64,000 nt of DNA, taken from the NCBI GenBank assembly GCA_028534125.1, contig CM052816.1, positions 94,242,001 to 94,306,000 of the forward strand. Direction: 5' to 3'. Origin of the DNA: Lama glama (taxonomy: Eukaryota). Each line of letters opens with the position of its first letter. The stretch's first letter is position 1. Positions 13,112 through 25,109 of the stretch are shown here, piece after piece. The notes beneath the pieces were generated by a model. The model did not search any database. It was not told where the DNA came from and was given only the letters and a program-made list of their open reading frames with translations. The translations under genes were made by a program, and so were the position numbers.

Positions 13112-14648
13112 AAGTCTTTATTCTGCTTGAGTTACTCACAATATACAAATAAGATAAAAATTATAATTATATAATAGAACGTTTAGATGTAATATATAAA
13201 TATATTTATATGCAGTTAAATTTATTAGATTTAGAGAATATATAATACATCAATTGTATATTCTATGTAATTTACAATACACATTATAGTACATATATAA
13301 TATAAAATTTAATGTCATATTAATTTTCTTTACTTCAATAATGTTTCTGCTTTTAGGAGACAAAATAGCTGGTGGCTTGACCTCTGTGTTCTTCTCCACA
13401 ACGTTTCCTATCTAGACTGTGGGCTTTCATAAGACAGGAGGGCAGAAAGGCAATGTGCTTGAGTCCAGGACCTCAGAGTTGTCCCACTAACTACCTCCTT
13501 GTCTTTAAGACAGTTCCTTCCCTCCCTGGGCCTCTGTGCTTTTTTTTTTTTAATGTAAAATCAAGAACTCTCAATAAATTGCCTAAGACAACATAGATGC
13601 ACCTAAATAGCACATGTTCTTATGAACTTTCTGTCCCGATAATTCTTACTGCTGATTCATCAGTCAGGCCTTTGCAATTCACGCAAACTTCTTGGTTTAA
13701 ACAGGAAAAAGTGAAGCTCTACACTGAGGATTTCAAAAGAGTCAGGGCTTCAATCAGCACAGGAAGCTCGAATAAAGGAAAATGACTCTCTGGTGAATAT
13801 TCCCTAGTGCGATGTAAAAGATAAGCTGGAATCAGACACATTTTTGCCAAAAAAAAAAAAAACCTCAAAAACCCTAGCATTTCAATATTTAAAAACTATT
13901 ATCTTTATACTAATAAATGAATTTTAAATATGGGTTTATAACATAAGTATCCTGTTGACCTTGGCAGCTTATTTAGTAAAAAGCCTGTGGCTTGGCAGTT
14001 ATCCAGTGGACATTATATAAGTGTGAATTTTTATCACTTACTGTTCACTGGTAGTAAAGATTGCACAAATCTCTTATGGAAGATACTGCATCACCAAGCA
14101 CTTTATTGTGACTACTTTTATCAATGTGTATTAGAACCATAAAACTGAAAAGAATTTTACGTGCAAATAAATCCATTTAAAAACTGTTGGAGAATGGAAG
14201 GTGATTAGATCACAGAGGAGGAATTAGTAGGATGAGTTAAAATGTCAGTAAATTTACTACATCAACATTTAGCACATCAACAAATAGACTATATAACAGC
14301 ACCATCCAATGTGAATTTCCAGCATCAAAGGCAGGTTTTTCAACGATAAGCTCCTCTTTTCTCTCCCTTCACTACCTGTTAGTTGAAAATGCAACTCCAA
14401 GTCTCTGACGATTTTAACCAAACTTCCTCTCTCCTACGCTGTGCTGCAAAACCCTATTTCTGTTCACCATTGACTTTTTATCATTCCTGTTTCAACCACC
14501 CATATTTTCCAGTTATTGTTACATAATATATGAATGGGATCCATAAACTCTAAGCATGAAAAATTGTACTTAAAAAAGACTGATATTTCCCTCATAATTG
14601 GGAAATTATTGGTGCAATAACACATTTATTCTGACTGATGAGAGAGCC

Positions 14649-14881
14649 GTGTTAGTTTCCTTGGGCTAACATAACACAATACCACAGGCTGGGTGCCTTA
14701 AAAAACAGAAATTCATTTTGTCACAGTTCAGGTGACTGGAAGTCCCAGGTCACGGTCCAGAGGAGTCGGTTTCCAGTGAGAACTCTCTTCCTGGCTTACA
14801 GATGGACAGTTGCTCGCTATGTATTCTCATGACCTTTTGGGTTCAGATGCAGGTGTGCACAAACACAAGAGAAGCGAGAAG

Positions 14882-14912
<31 letters not shown>

Positions 14913-15083
14913 CTCTCTGGTATCTCCTCCTCTTACAAGAACAGCAGTCCCATCAGATCAAGGCCCCACACTTATGACCTCATTTAACCATAACCTCCCT
15001 AAAACTCTACCCATCCAAAGACATCACAAGGGGCTTAGGGCTTCAATGTATGAATTGAAGTGGTGCGGGGCACAGTCCATAAC
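14649..15083 (-). mobile_element. MaLR LTR (MLT1A-like) with internal (GA)n
   Basis: tgttagtttccttgggct...cagtccataaca, typical MLT1A reverse strand. Confidence 0.82.
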
Positions 15084-15444
15084 AAAACCCAGGAAGTTCT
15101 GGGTAATTAAACATGAATATAGTTGTGAGTTTTCAACCTTATGATTATATAATATCAGAGCTAAACACTGTAGTTATGCTAACCACACATTCTACACTTT
15201 CTAGCTATGTGCTGGCTATCTAATTGAGACGTCCATTTATGCTGCTACATTAATATTCATAAGCCACTATCAGCATTGCCTGGTAATCCATTCTAATCTT
15301 TAAAGCCAGGATTTTATTCATAGTTCAATTAAAATAATATAAACTGATTTTTAACAAATTATAAGATAGAATTGAAAAAAATCTTTTACATCTTTTGTGT
15401 TCCACATCAGATATGGTTGAATAGGTTTACGAGAGAGAGTTTTG

Positions 15445-16629
15445 GGACATTATGAAACTAAAATTTCTGCACAGCAAAGGAAACAATCAACAGAATTAAA
15501 AGGCAACCTACAAAATGGGAAAAAAATGTTTGCAAGCCATACATCTGAGAAGAGGTTAATAGCCAGAATATACAAGAAACTCATACAACTCAATGGCCAA
15601 AATAAAAGGTATCCTGACTGAAAAATGAGTAAAGGACCTGAATAGATATTTTCCAAAAAAAGTCAAATGAAAAGGTGCTCAGCATTAATAACCATAAAGA
15701 AAAAGCAAATCAAACACACCTTGAGACGTCACTTCATACCCGTTAAGATGGCTGTTACCAAAAAGATAAGGGATGACAAGTGCAGACAGGCATGTAGAGA
15801 AAAGGGAAATGTCATGCACTGTTGCAGGAATGTAAACTGGTGCAGCCACCATGGAACACAGCACAGAGATTCCTCAAAAAACCAAGAATAGGAAGCGTTA
15901 TGAAGTTTCCTCAAGAAATGGAAAATAGATCTACCATCTGATGTAGCAATCCCACTGCTGTGTATACATCCAAAGGAAATGAAATCAGTATCTCAAAGAC
16001 GTATTTGCACTCCCATGTTCATTGTAACATTATTCACTATAGCCAAGATATGGAAACAACCTAAGTGTCCATCAGCAGATGAATGGATAAACAAAACGTG
16101 ATACATACACACAAAATGGAATCAGCGGAATATTATTCAACCACAAAAAGGAAATCCTGTCATGTTTGGCAGCACAGATGAGCCTGAAGAACATTAGGCT
16201 CAGTGAAATCAGCCCGACACAGAAAGAGATACTGGATAATACCACTTATATATGAAATCTAGGAAAACCAAACTCAGAACTACAGAGTAGAACAGTGGTT
16301 GGCAGGGGCTGAGGCGTAGAGGAAATGGGGAGATATGGGTTAAAGGGCACAAATTTTCATTTGTCAGATGCATAGGTCCTGTGGATCTAATGCGCAACAT
16401 GGTGAATATAGTTAATGTTACAGGATTGTGTACTTGGAATGTGCTGGGGCAGTAGACGTCAAGTCTGCTCACCACACACAGAAAAAGGAACCTGTGTGAG
16501 GTGATGGATATGTTAATTAACTTGAGTATGGTAATCATTTTACAATGTGTGCATGTATTGAATCATCACATTAAATATACGGAATTTTTATTTGTCAATT
16601 ATACAAAATAAATAAATAAGACAAATAAA
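15445..16629 (+). mobile_element. Old L1 (L1MA/MB-like): ORF2 C-terminus and 3'UTR
   Basis: ORF2-like text (cacagcaaaggaaacaatcaacag, tggaaacaacctaagtgtccatca), 3'UTR and A-rich tail. Confidence 0.9.
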
Positions 16630-18032
16630 GAGTATTTCCATCACTAGCATTAATTTTGAATTTTTTAAATAACATGCCAGTCTTGCAAGGCTGTTCTCTC
16701 ATGCAGTTGTGTGTCCCAATAAAATCCCCTGGTGTCTGATATTTGTACCTTGTGTACGAAGCGTATACATATTTGACTGTTTTTATACTGCTTGTTGTTC
16801 AGAACTGCAATCAATGTGTAGTTATTTTACTTTTTTTTTGCTATGGATAATAAAAATGACCACTAGAAGTTTCCTTGCCTTGCGGAAAAAAATTATGTTT
16901 GCAAAGATATATCATGTCTGATATGCAGAAAATGTCCATTCAACTGTGGCTTAATAATCAAAGATGAAAAGAAGAACTAGCTCTGGGAAAGCTGCCACCA
17001 ATATTTAGAATCTGTGTACGTATGTACTTCCCTTTTTCCAGCAAAATTGGACAACTTACTAGATACAGAACTTCCAGTGGCATCCTGGTTTTTAAGTACA
17101 ATGTTGACACATCAAATTTCAGGCTAAAATTTATAATATTAACAGCAAATACTATTTTCATAGTAACCTTCTGCCATTATCGCATTTTAAAATTTTGCAT
17201 AATCATTTCTACTGGTGTGAGATAATGTTATTCAACAAGTGTTCTCCATCATTCAATGATGAATCCATAAAATGATAAGAGGCATGTCAATATCCACATT
17301 CTATTTTTAAAGCACACTTCCGGTCATCAAACATTTTTAAATTAAAAATAGGTTATAATTAAAACATAACCTTGGGTCTGATATTTCATCCTCACACTTG
17401 TGACCTTGGACAAATAAGTTATCTTCTTCAGGCTTCAGATGTGAGATGAGGAAGTTTACTCAAATGATTAATAATATCCTCTTAAGATGAGACATTCTAT
17501 GATAATCGTGTGAAAGAAAAAAGCTAATTTCCTTCAGGCAACAAACATTTTAATCAGACCCAGATTAAAAAGACTTCCATCTAGTAGCATCCCTGAAATA
17601 AATGTGATTTTTAATTCAACCCCTGTATTCTTCCCCCCTCCCCCAAAATAGTGAACACAATCACTCAACACGTACACATATATTGAAGTTAATAAAATTG
17701 GCACTGCCACACAGAAAAGTAACGGTTGGTCAGGAACACACTTGCACTGTGTCTTCCCCCTTGTGATGTGAACGGGGATTGGGGCGGGATGAGGCTCTTA
17801 GCGGCCCCCTTATTACCAGCCTTAGGTAAAAACTTAGAGGGTAAAATATTCAGCGATATTAGACATTTTTATGCAACTATACCCTTACATGTGATTTTGC
17901 CTAAATACAGGGGGGGAAAGTGAGTTAGTGTTTGTCTCATGGAGAGGCTGGCAGGATTCCATGACAAATGTGGGTAAAATATTCATACAGTATCAGGCAG
18001 AGCAAGTGCGCACTGATGTGGGTTCCTTCATC

Positions 18033-18600
18033 CTGGTGACAGTTTATTTTCCAAAATGGCCACACACATCCTTCATCCTATCCCACGGTTCTTCTTAAAC
18101 TGGGACAGGCACTCTTCCCACAGACAGTGAAACTGGGAGGGGGCAGGGGAGGACTGATGCTGGTTCACACTGACCAGTGGAGTCAGTTGAAGTGATGCCA
18201 TCAACCTTCCGCGGCAAGGTCATTCAAAGAACACAGATCTTCCTGGCTGTCTGACTCGTCCCCCGTCACTGGCTCGGGTTCCCACTCTCACGCTCACAGG
18301 GAAGCAGCTGCCATCTTGTGAGGAATCCCAGTCCACACAGGGAGACCACATGGAGGTGTCCCCGCTGAAGGTGCCAGCTAGGGTTTCAGCCAACAGCCAG
18401 CATCAAACCCAGGTTCACAGGCAGGCTGGACTCAAATGGTCCGAGCTCACGGCCTTCACGCCTTCCGGCAGAGGCTCGGTGATGGAGCACAGGATGGCTG
18501 TCCTCACCGTGTCCCCTTCAATTCCTCACCTGCAGAAACCAGCAGGTCAATAAAGAATTACCATTGTGGCAATTTGTTATACAGAAAAAAGATAACTAAC
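18033..18600 (+). mobile_element. MaLR LTR (MLT1F/G-like)
   Basis: ttccaaaatggccac start, gctgccatcttgtgagga, ggcaatttgttatacag...gataactaac end. Confidence 0.7.
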
Positions 18601-18999
18601 TCAACTTTTAAAATTCTTCAGTGATAGAACATTTAAAAAGGACACCCCCTCGGTACCATTGATACTTAATAACTGTTGACTGACTTGCGGTAAAACAAAT
18701 TGCAAGTCACAAGCACAGACTAGGGAACCCCCCACATACCATAATCAGATAAAACTGTTGAATAATGATCATGACCATAAAGATGATATTTCTAATACTG
18801 AGCCCTTATTAAGGGGGAGAGTAAACATAGACACAGCATAATGACAGAGAAAGTCATAATATACACGCTTTGTACCTGTTGTTCAATGTTAGTGAACACA
18901 AACACTTTATAAAAATAGTATTGTTTCATTTAAATTATTAGTAATTAAAAAGAAAATTTCCACAGAAATGCTTCACTTCTTCGATTGCACTGCATTGCT

Positions 19000-19985
19000 A
19001 GTGCCGTGGTGGCAGCCTGCGATCCCACACGACGTAGCTTCCCACTAGGGGTCCGCGTTACAGCAGAAAGAGGCGTAGGAAGAGGTCCATTTCCATGGGA
19101 TCAACTAGACTGCTCACATTCATCACCACCCGGAGGTGGCTGGTCAGAGAGAGTCCTGGAATGGTCTGCTAGGGACACAGCCGGGGTGCCAGCTCAGGGG
19201 TGACACGCCCGGAGAGTGGGTGCTGCCCTCCCTGCACAATGCACGCACCTTAACTCAAAGGCCTTTGTATATTGTTGTGTCTCTGAGAAGAATACCTGGG
19301 TCAGGAATCAAGGGGTATAAGCAGGGTAGTCTCATTTTGGGACTTGTGCTTTCTGTCCCTGTGATGCTGGGCTCTGGGGGTTTAAAGGTCCTGGTCCCCA
19401 AAGAAGGAACACTTCCACCAAGGACACAGGCAGTGGTCACCAGGTCACAGAGTGTCCTCCAGGTTCTTTGGGCAAGAAAAGAGAAGTGTATTCATCTCCT
19501 GGGTTTGCCATGACAGATGACCACATATTGGGTGGGGGCGGGGGCTCAAACACATCAGAAAGGTATCGTCTCACTGTTCTGGAGTCCGGAAGTCTGAAAA
19601 CAAGGTGTCAGCAGGGCTCTGCTCCTTTTGAGGGTTCCAGGGAAGAATCTCGCTTTGCCCCCTCCTAGCTTCCCATGCCTCCGTGCCATCCTGAGATCGT
19701 GGCTGCATCTCTAATCTCTGCCTCTGTCTTCCCAAGGTCTTCTTCCTTGTGTCTGTGTCTGTGTGTCCTTTGCTCTTATAAAGACCCCAGGATTGGATTT
19801 AGTGGCCACTCTAACCCAATCTGACTTCATCTTAAGTGCATTGTTTACCTCTGCCAAGGCACCGTTTCCAAATAAAGTCACGTTCTGAGCATCCAGGGGG
19901 ACGTGACTATCTGGGGAAACTATTCACCATCCACTACAAGGAGTCACATCCTAGCAGAGGCCACTGACTTTGATCATTAGAAGAG
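19000..19985 (+). mobile_element. ERVL internal fragment (integrase C-terminus and dUTPase), interrupted by MLT1
   Basis: HHPEVAGQRESWNGLL...QRPLY...VPVMLGSGGLKVLVPKEGTLPP resembles recalled ERVL HHPEAAGLIERWNGLL...SAGLEVLVPEGGMLPP; a GVT-ILA...DH-like motif resumes after 19939. Confidence 0.75.
19487..19938 (-). mobile_element. MaLR LTR (MLT1B/C-like)
   Basis: TG...CA termini, 5-bp TSD agaag/aggag, gttctggagtccggaagtctgaaaacaaggtgtcagcagggc. Confidence 0.85.
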
Positions 19986-21694
19986 TAAGTATTTCACACA
20001 ACAGGGATAGAGAGGAAGGCAACAAATATGAGGAAATCTCTAAATACATAATCTATGGTTTTATTAATATGTTGTTAATATTGACATTTTCTCAGATATA
20101 TTTGACTCTGTGTTTTTTCTATTAAGGTATAGTTTACATTCAGTAAACTTAATTTTGGGGAGACTGATCTACATGTTGTCACAAAGTCATTGGAAAAATC
20201 TGTTAGCTCAAAGGAAAAGCCAACACCCAGGATCATATAAGGGAAACACAACTCTGTCCTAAATCATCTCTGTAACCCATGTGCTGTTTACTACAGCAGC
20301 ACACAGCATTTCAAGGCAGGAGCCTCAGATTTCATACTGGTGAAACCTGCAAAAGTGATTCTCCAAATTACAGAGAATCGGTGTTAAAAACGCATCCGCA
20401 CGTGAGGCCAGCCCTCGGGATCATATTTCTTCCCAAGATAAGGGACAACGTTAGACGCGCATCCTCGTACATCGGCACAGCCGTGAGCCCGGATGTCACA
20501 GACACACTCCCCTTTGCTTGCAAACAGGAGCGCTGTGGACGAGTTGCCTGACCCCAATGTCTTCAAAAAAGTGGGAGTCTACTCCGGCACTGGTCATGTT
20601 AGTGATGTGACGGTCTTCAGTGTCTGCTTGAAACAAAAGCCCTCCCATTGCCGACCCCTGGAACCAGTTCCCCTACAAGTCAGTCTCATAAGCAGTCACT
20701 CCTACGGGCTGTCCAAGCAGTCTCGCCCCCTCTGTGTCACTCACCAGGACCCGGTAGGACCAAGGTTTGAAGGGCGAAGTTTCTTTAAAACAATTTTGTA
20801 GAAAAAGTGTAAGAGAGTTAGTGGTTCGCAGAGAATGCACAGGCTTTTTTTTTTTTTTCCTCTTTCAACTCTGAAAATCCATAGTTCTTTTTTTCACATC
20901 CAAAAGAGAAATGCAAATAAACAAAAACCAAATAAGACCCCCAAACCAAGGTCATATCTCAAAATCCTGTTCACTTTGAAGTGGAAAATCCAGCAACGTC
21001 GTGAAATAATTGCCCTGAGTATCGTAAGCCTCACTGCCAAGACTCAATGCTGTGTGCAAGTTCCTCATTACCTGCCCTCAACAGGAAAGGCAGGTTGTTT
21101 ATTGATTGCTGGGACATGCTGAGATGTCATGGACACAAATATAAGTACGTGGAGCATATTGCTAAAAATCCTAAATGAGTATATGAAAAACTAATTATAA
21201 TTTCTAATTTGTCAAATGTAGGATTTTTTCCAAAGAGTCAAGAAACACATTGATGAAAGAAAAAAATAAAAATAAAATATAACTTTGGCCTGGATCCTAA
21301 AGAATCAGAGGTGTTGGTCCAGGCAACGAAACTGGATGAAAGAGAGACTGAGTTGAGAAGAGGCATTCTACACAAAGAGAAATTATGGGGAAAAGACTCA
21401 GAAAATGTGGACCCCATAATGCAGAATCCAATAGGAAAACATTTTTGTGTAAATGTTTATTGTTTTATTTATTATTATAAAAATGTGCAATGCATTCAGT
21501 CCAACTTGTCCATTTTGATAGGAAAATCTTATATGGAACATCGTACTTTATCATAAAAATTTAGACTCATTAAAACTTAGTGTAATGAAATAAAGAAAAA
21601 ATGCATAAAATTTCAAAAGGCAAGACACCACATTGTGATGATTTGTTAGCAATGCAGTTATCTACTTAGAAAATCAAAAGTAGTGCTATTTAAA

Positions 21695-21935
21695 ATTGGG
21701 AGTTTGAGATTTGCAGATACTAATTAATATATATATAAAATAGATAAGCAAGAAGTTTATACTGTATAGCACGGGGAACTATATTCAATATCTTGTGGTA
21801 ACTTATGGTGAAAAAGTACATGAAAACAAATATATGTATGTTCATGTATGACTGAAGCATTGTGCTGTACACCAGAAATTGACACAACATTGTAAACTGA
21901 CTATACTTCAATAAAATATATATATATTTATATAT
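21695..21935 (+). mobile_element. L1 3'UTR end (camelid/cetartiodactyl type)
   Basis: aacattgtaaactgactatacttcaataaaa terminus followed by an AT-rich tail. Confidence 0.85.
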
Positions 21936-22139
21936 AAGAAACAGTGGCATAATTGACAGATACAGTCCCCTTTGCTGTTGTTACAAACAAATAAATCTCC
22001 AGGGAAGAGGAAAAAAAAAAGCAGAGAAAGACCACTTACAATCTGATGAAATAATATGGAAAAATAAATTTCTGTGTTTACTGTCTTTCTCCCACCCCAA
22101 AATAGCAGTCCTACAAGAGAAGAAATATTGTTGTTTCCT

Positions 22140-22639
22140 NNNNNNNNNNNNNNNNNNNNNNNNNNNNNNNNNNNNNNNNNNNNNNNNNNNNNNNNNNNNN
22201 NNNNNNNNNNNNNNNNNNNNNNNNNNNNNNNNNNNNNNNNNNNNNNNNNNNNNNNNNNNNNNNNNNNNNNNNNNNNNNNNNNNNNNNNNNNNNNNNNNNN
22301 NNNNNNNNNNNNNNNNNNNNNNNNNNNNNNNNNNNNNNNNNNNNNNNNNNNNNNNNNNNNNNNNNNNNNNNNNNNNNNNNNNNNNNNNNNNNNNNNNNNN
22401 NNNNNNNNNNNNNNNNNNNNNNNNNNNNNNNNNNNNNNNNNNNNNNNNNNNNNNNNNNNNNNNNNNNNNNNNNNNNNNNNNNNNNNNNNNNNNNNNNNNN
22501 NNNNNNNNNNNNNNNNNNNNNNNNNNNNNNNNNNNNNNNNNNNNNNNNNNNNNNNNNNNNNNNNNNNNNNNNNNNNNNNNNNNNNNNNNNNNNNNNNNNN
22601 NNNNNNNNNNNNNNNNNNNNNNNNNNNNNNNNNNNNNNN
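22140..22639. other. Assembly gap (500 N)
   Basis: Run of N. Confidence 1.
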
Positions 22640-25109
22640 GGTACCCAGAACATGGACTGTCACTGAATTGGTATTTAGTAAGTATTTGATGAACTGATGA
22701 ATGAATGAATGAATGAATGGTCGGTCCCAGAGAGTGAAGCTAAAGGGGTGACTGAGTAAGAGAGAACTAAACCCTCAACTACCATTACAAGCAGTCAATA
22801 AATGGTAGCTAAATTGGATGAGCCGAGAATCAGTAGTGGAGAAACTTATTTAGAAACACAGGGGTGAACACAGTAAAAATAGAGGAAGGAAAATGAAGAT
22901 TGTATATTAAGCCAATGGATTCAAAATGTTAAGTCTAGCCTGAAAAACTTTTTAACAAGTTAGGAAAATCAAATTTCTGACAAAATTTTTATCAAGAAAT
23001 ACGTGTAAAATAAGTTTCTAAGTAAAAGGCATAAGGATTACCTATTGTTAAATTTTGCTGGGAACAAGAACAGATTTTAGCTTTAAATAAAGTAAACTGA
23101 GGTAAGTAAGCACAATTTGGTTGATTATTCCTGATTTAGAGCAACAGCTGCTGTAAATTTATCTATTAAAGGTGAAATTTAGTTCTTCCTAAGACTTTAG
23201 TATATTGATAGTTAATGCAAATAAGTAAGAGTGATTCATGCTTAATGAAAGACAATGTTAAATCACATGGAAAGACTGAGAATTATGACACTTGAACTTA
23301 ATGGATACAGGTCATTCTGAAAAGAGGTCTCTTAAAAATTGGTACAAATTACCGAATTTTAATAATAAATTTAAAACTAATGAATTGTGTTACGCCAAAA
23401 ATTCCAAAGGAGTACACAGAATTGTGAGGTGACAATTAATGAGAAGCAAAGTGACAAGAGGGGTTGAACTTACGTGGCAGCTGGCGATGGCAGTGCTGAC
23501 AGTCACAACTGAGTGACCCTAGGATCCAGGTGGTGTCAGAGGGCTGATAGGTACAGCAGACTGTGACCGGTGCTCAGTTTTCACATCCATGCTAGGATGA
23601 AGACTGCTTTCCGGGCAGGTGGGGAATTGCATTAGCTGGCGTCAGTGATGCTCACCTCTGAATGGAATCAGCAGCAGTTTGTAATAGGTAGGAAACTCAA
23701 TCCCTTGAAGGCACTGGAAAGAGATTTCCCTGAACAGATCAAATGGAGTCGGTGTCAGTTGGTTCTATGAACGCTCATGTTTCCAAGAACTGGGAGCAGC
23801 CAGTGCAGGTCCGGCACTGGAGGTGACTGTCCAGAGTCTATGACCTCCCGAGCTGGATTTGTTCATACTACTGTTTTAACCTAAGGAAAAAGACTTTATG
23901 TTTCTCTGCAGTGAGTTTCATTTTGTTAATTTCAGACTGCTATGTTCATCTCCTGAAATATGTTCTGAAACTTTAGGCTGTCTTTCAATCCTCTGACTTT
24001 CTTTTCTGCATGGCCAACCCGATATTATGCTTTGTGTGCCTCCATTTACATTTATCAGCTGACACTACGAAACAAGGCGAGGTCACTTGCAAATCACTAA
24101 GAGATTGCTTTTCAGATTGACATCTGCCCACTGAACAACCCTAGAAACCCATTTCACGGTGAAGTCACCCTGCTAGGTACTTTTCCATTCTTTTTTGTCT
24201 GGAAGGGTTTTGCACAATGTTTTATTCTATGTCCTGTAAAAGAAAGAAAAGTCTTAAGGAAGACTCCTGATCTCTACTAGTGCAGGGACTCTGTGACAAT
24301 AGGAGATAGGTATCTTGATTTTGCATACTTGCGTGAGTGTGTCTGTGTGTGTGTGTGTAGCATGAAAGATGCACTCAAGTAACCTATATAGATAAGTTCT
24401 TGCTTGGTTATGGCTAACTGTTCAGGATCATTTAGCTGGGGCAAGAGGCACAATGACACTTGAGACTATCACGGTATCTTAACGCATTAACATTTAAATG
24501 ATTGCTCTCAGGAGTCATAGAGAGGTTTCACTGTTTACCGTACTCTGCTTTATAAAAAGAAAATATGTTATTCCAAAACATTTTACATGACACAGACTAA
24601 GCCTGAAATGTTTTTCAGAATCTCGTCACATATTGCAAAATAACCACTAAAACCGTTACGGCAGTGTGCATTTTATTAGCCTTTCTCCATTCTAACCAAC
24701 ACTGAATATTATCAGTGAAGAACATTTGGCAAATTTCATAGGGGTATGTTGGCACTGTAAAGCTGGTTTAATTGTTATCTCTATTATTACTAAATTCATT
24801 TCAATGATTACATTTTCATATTTTTATGTATTTTACACAGCTATATGTGGGTATTATAAATATTCCGTAACCACATGCACAATCAATAGTTCTAAGATTA
24901 CGTCCAGGTACTTTTACTTCTAGTGGTACACACTGATTTTCCTAGGGCACCATTCAGTTTCAGGAAGTCAATCAATTTCTATCTGTTCTTTAAACATGTT
25001 TATAACCCCACAGTATGATTGTTGTATAAAGGAAAACTTTCTTTCCTACTCCCCTTTCCAAATTTCCCTCTTTGCCAATCATACAAAAGAAAGGCATATC
25101 ACTCACTTA

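Noticed and set aside
21908..22697. ORFs spanning the first N run
   Set aside because: Artefacts of the assembly gap.
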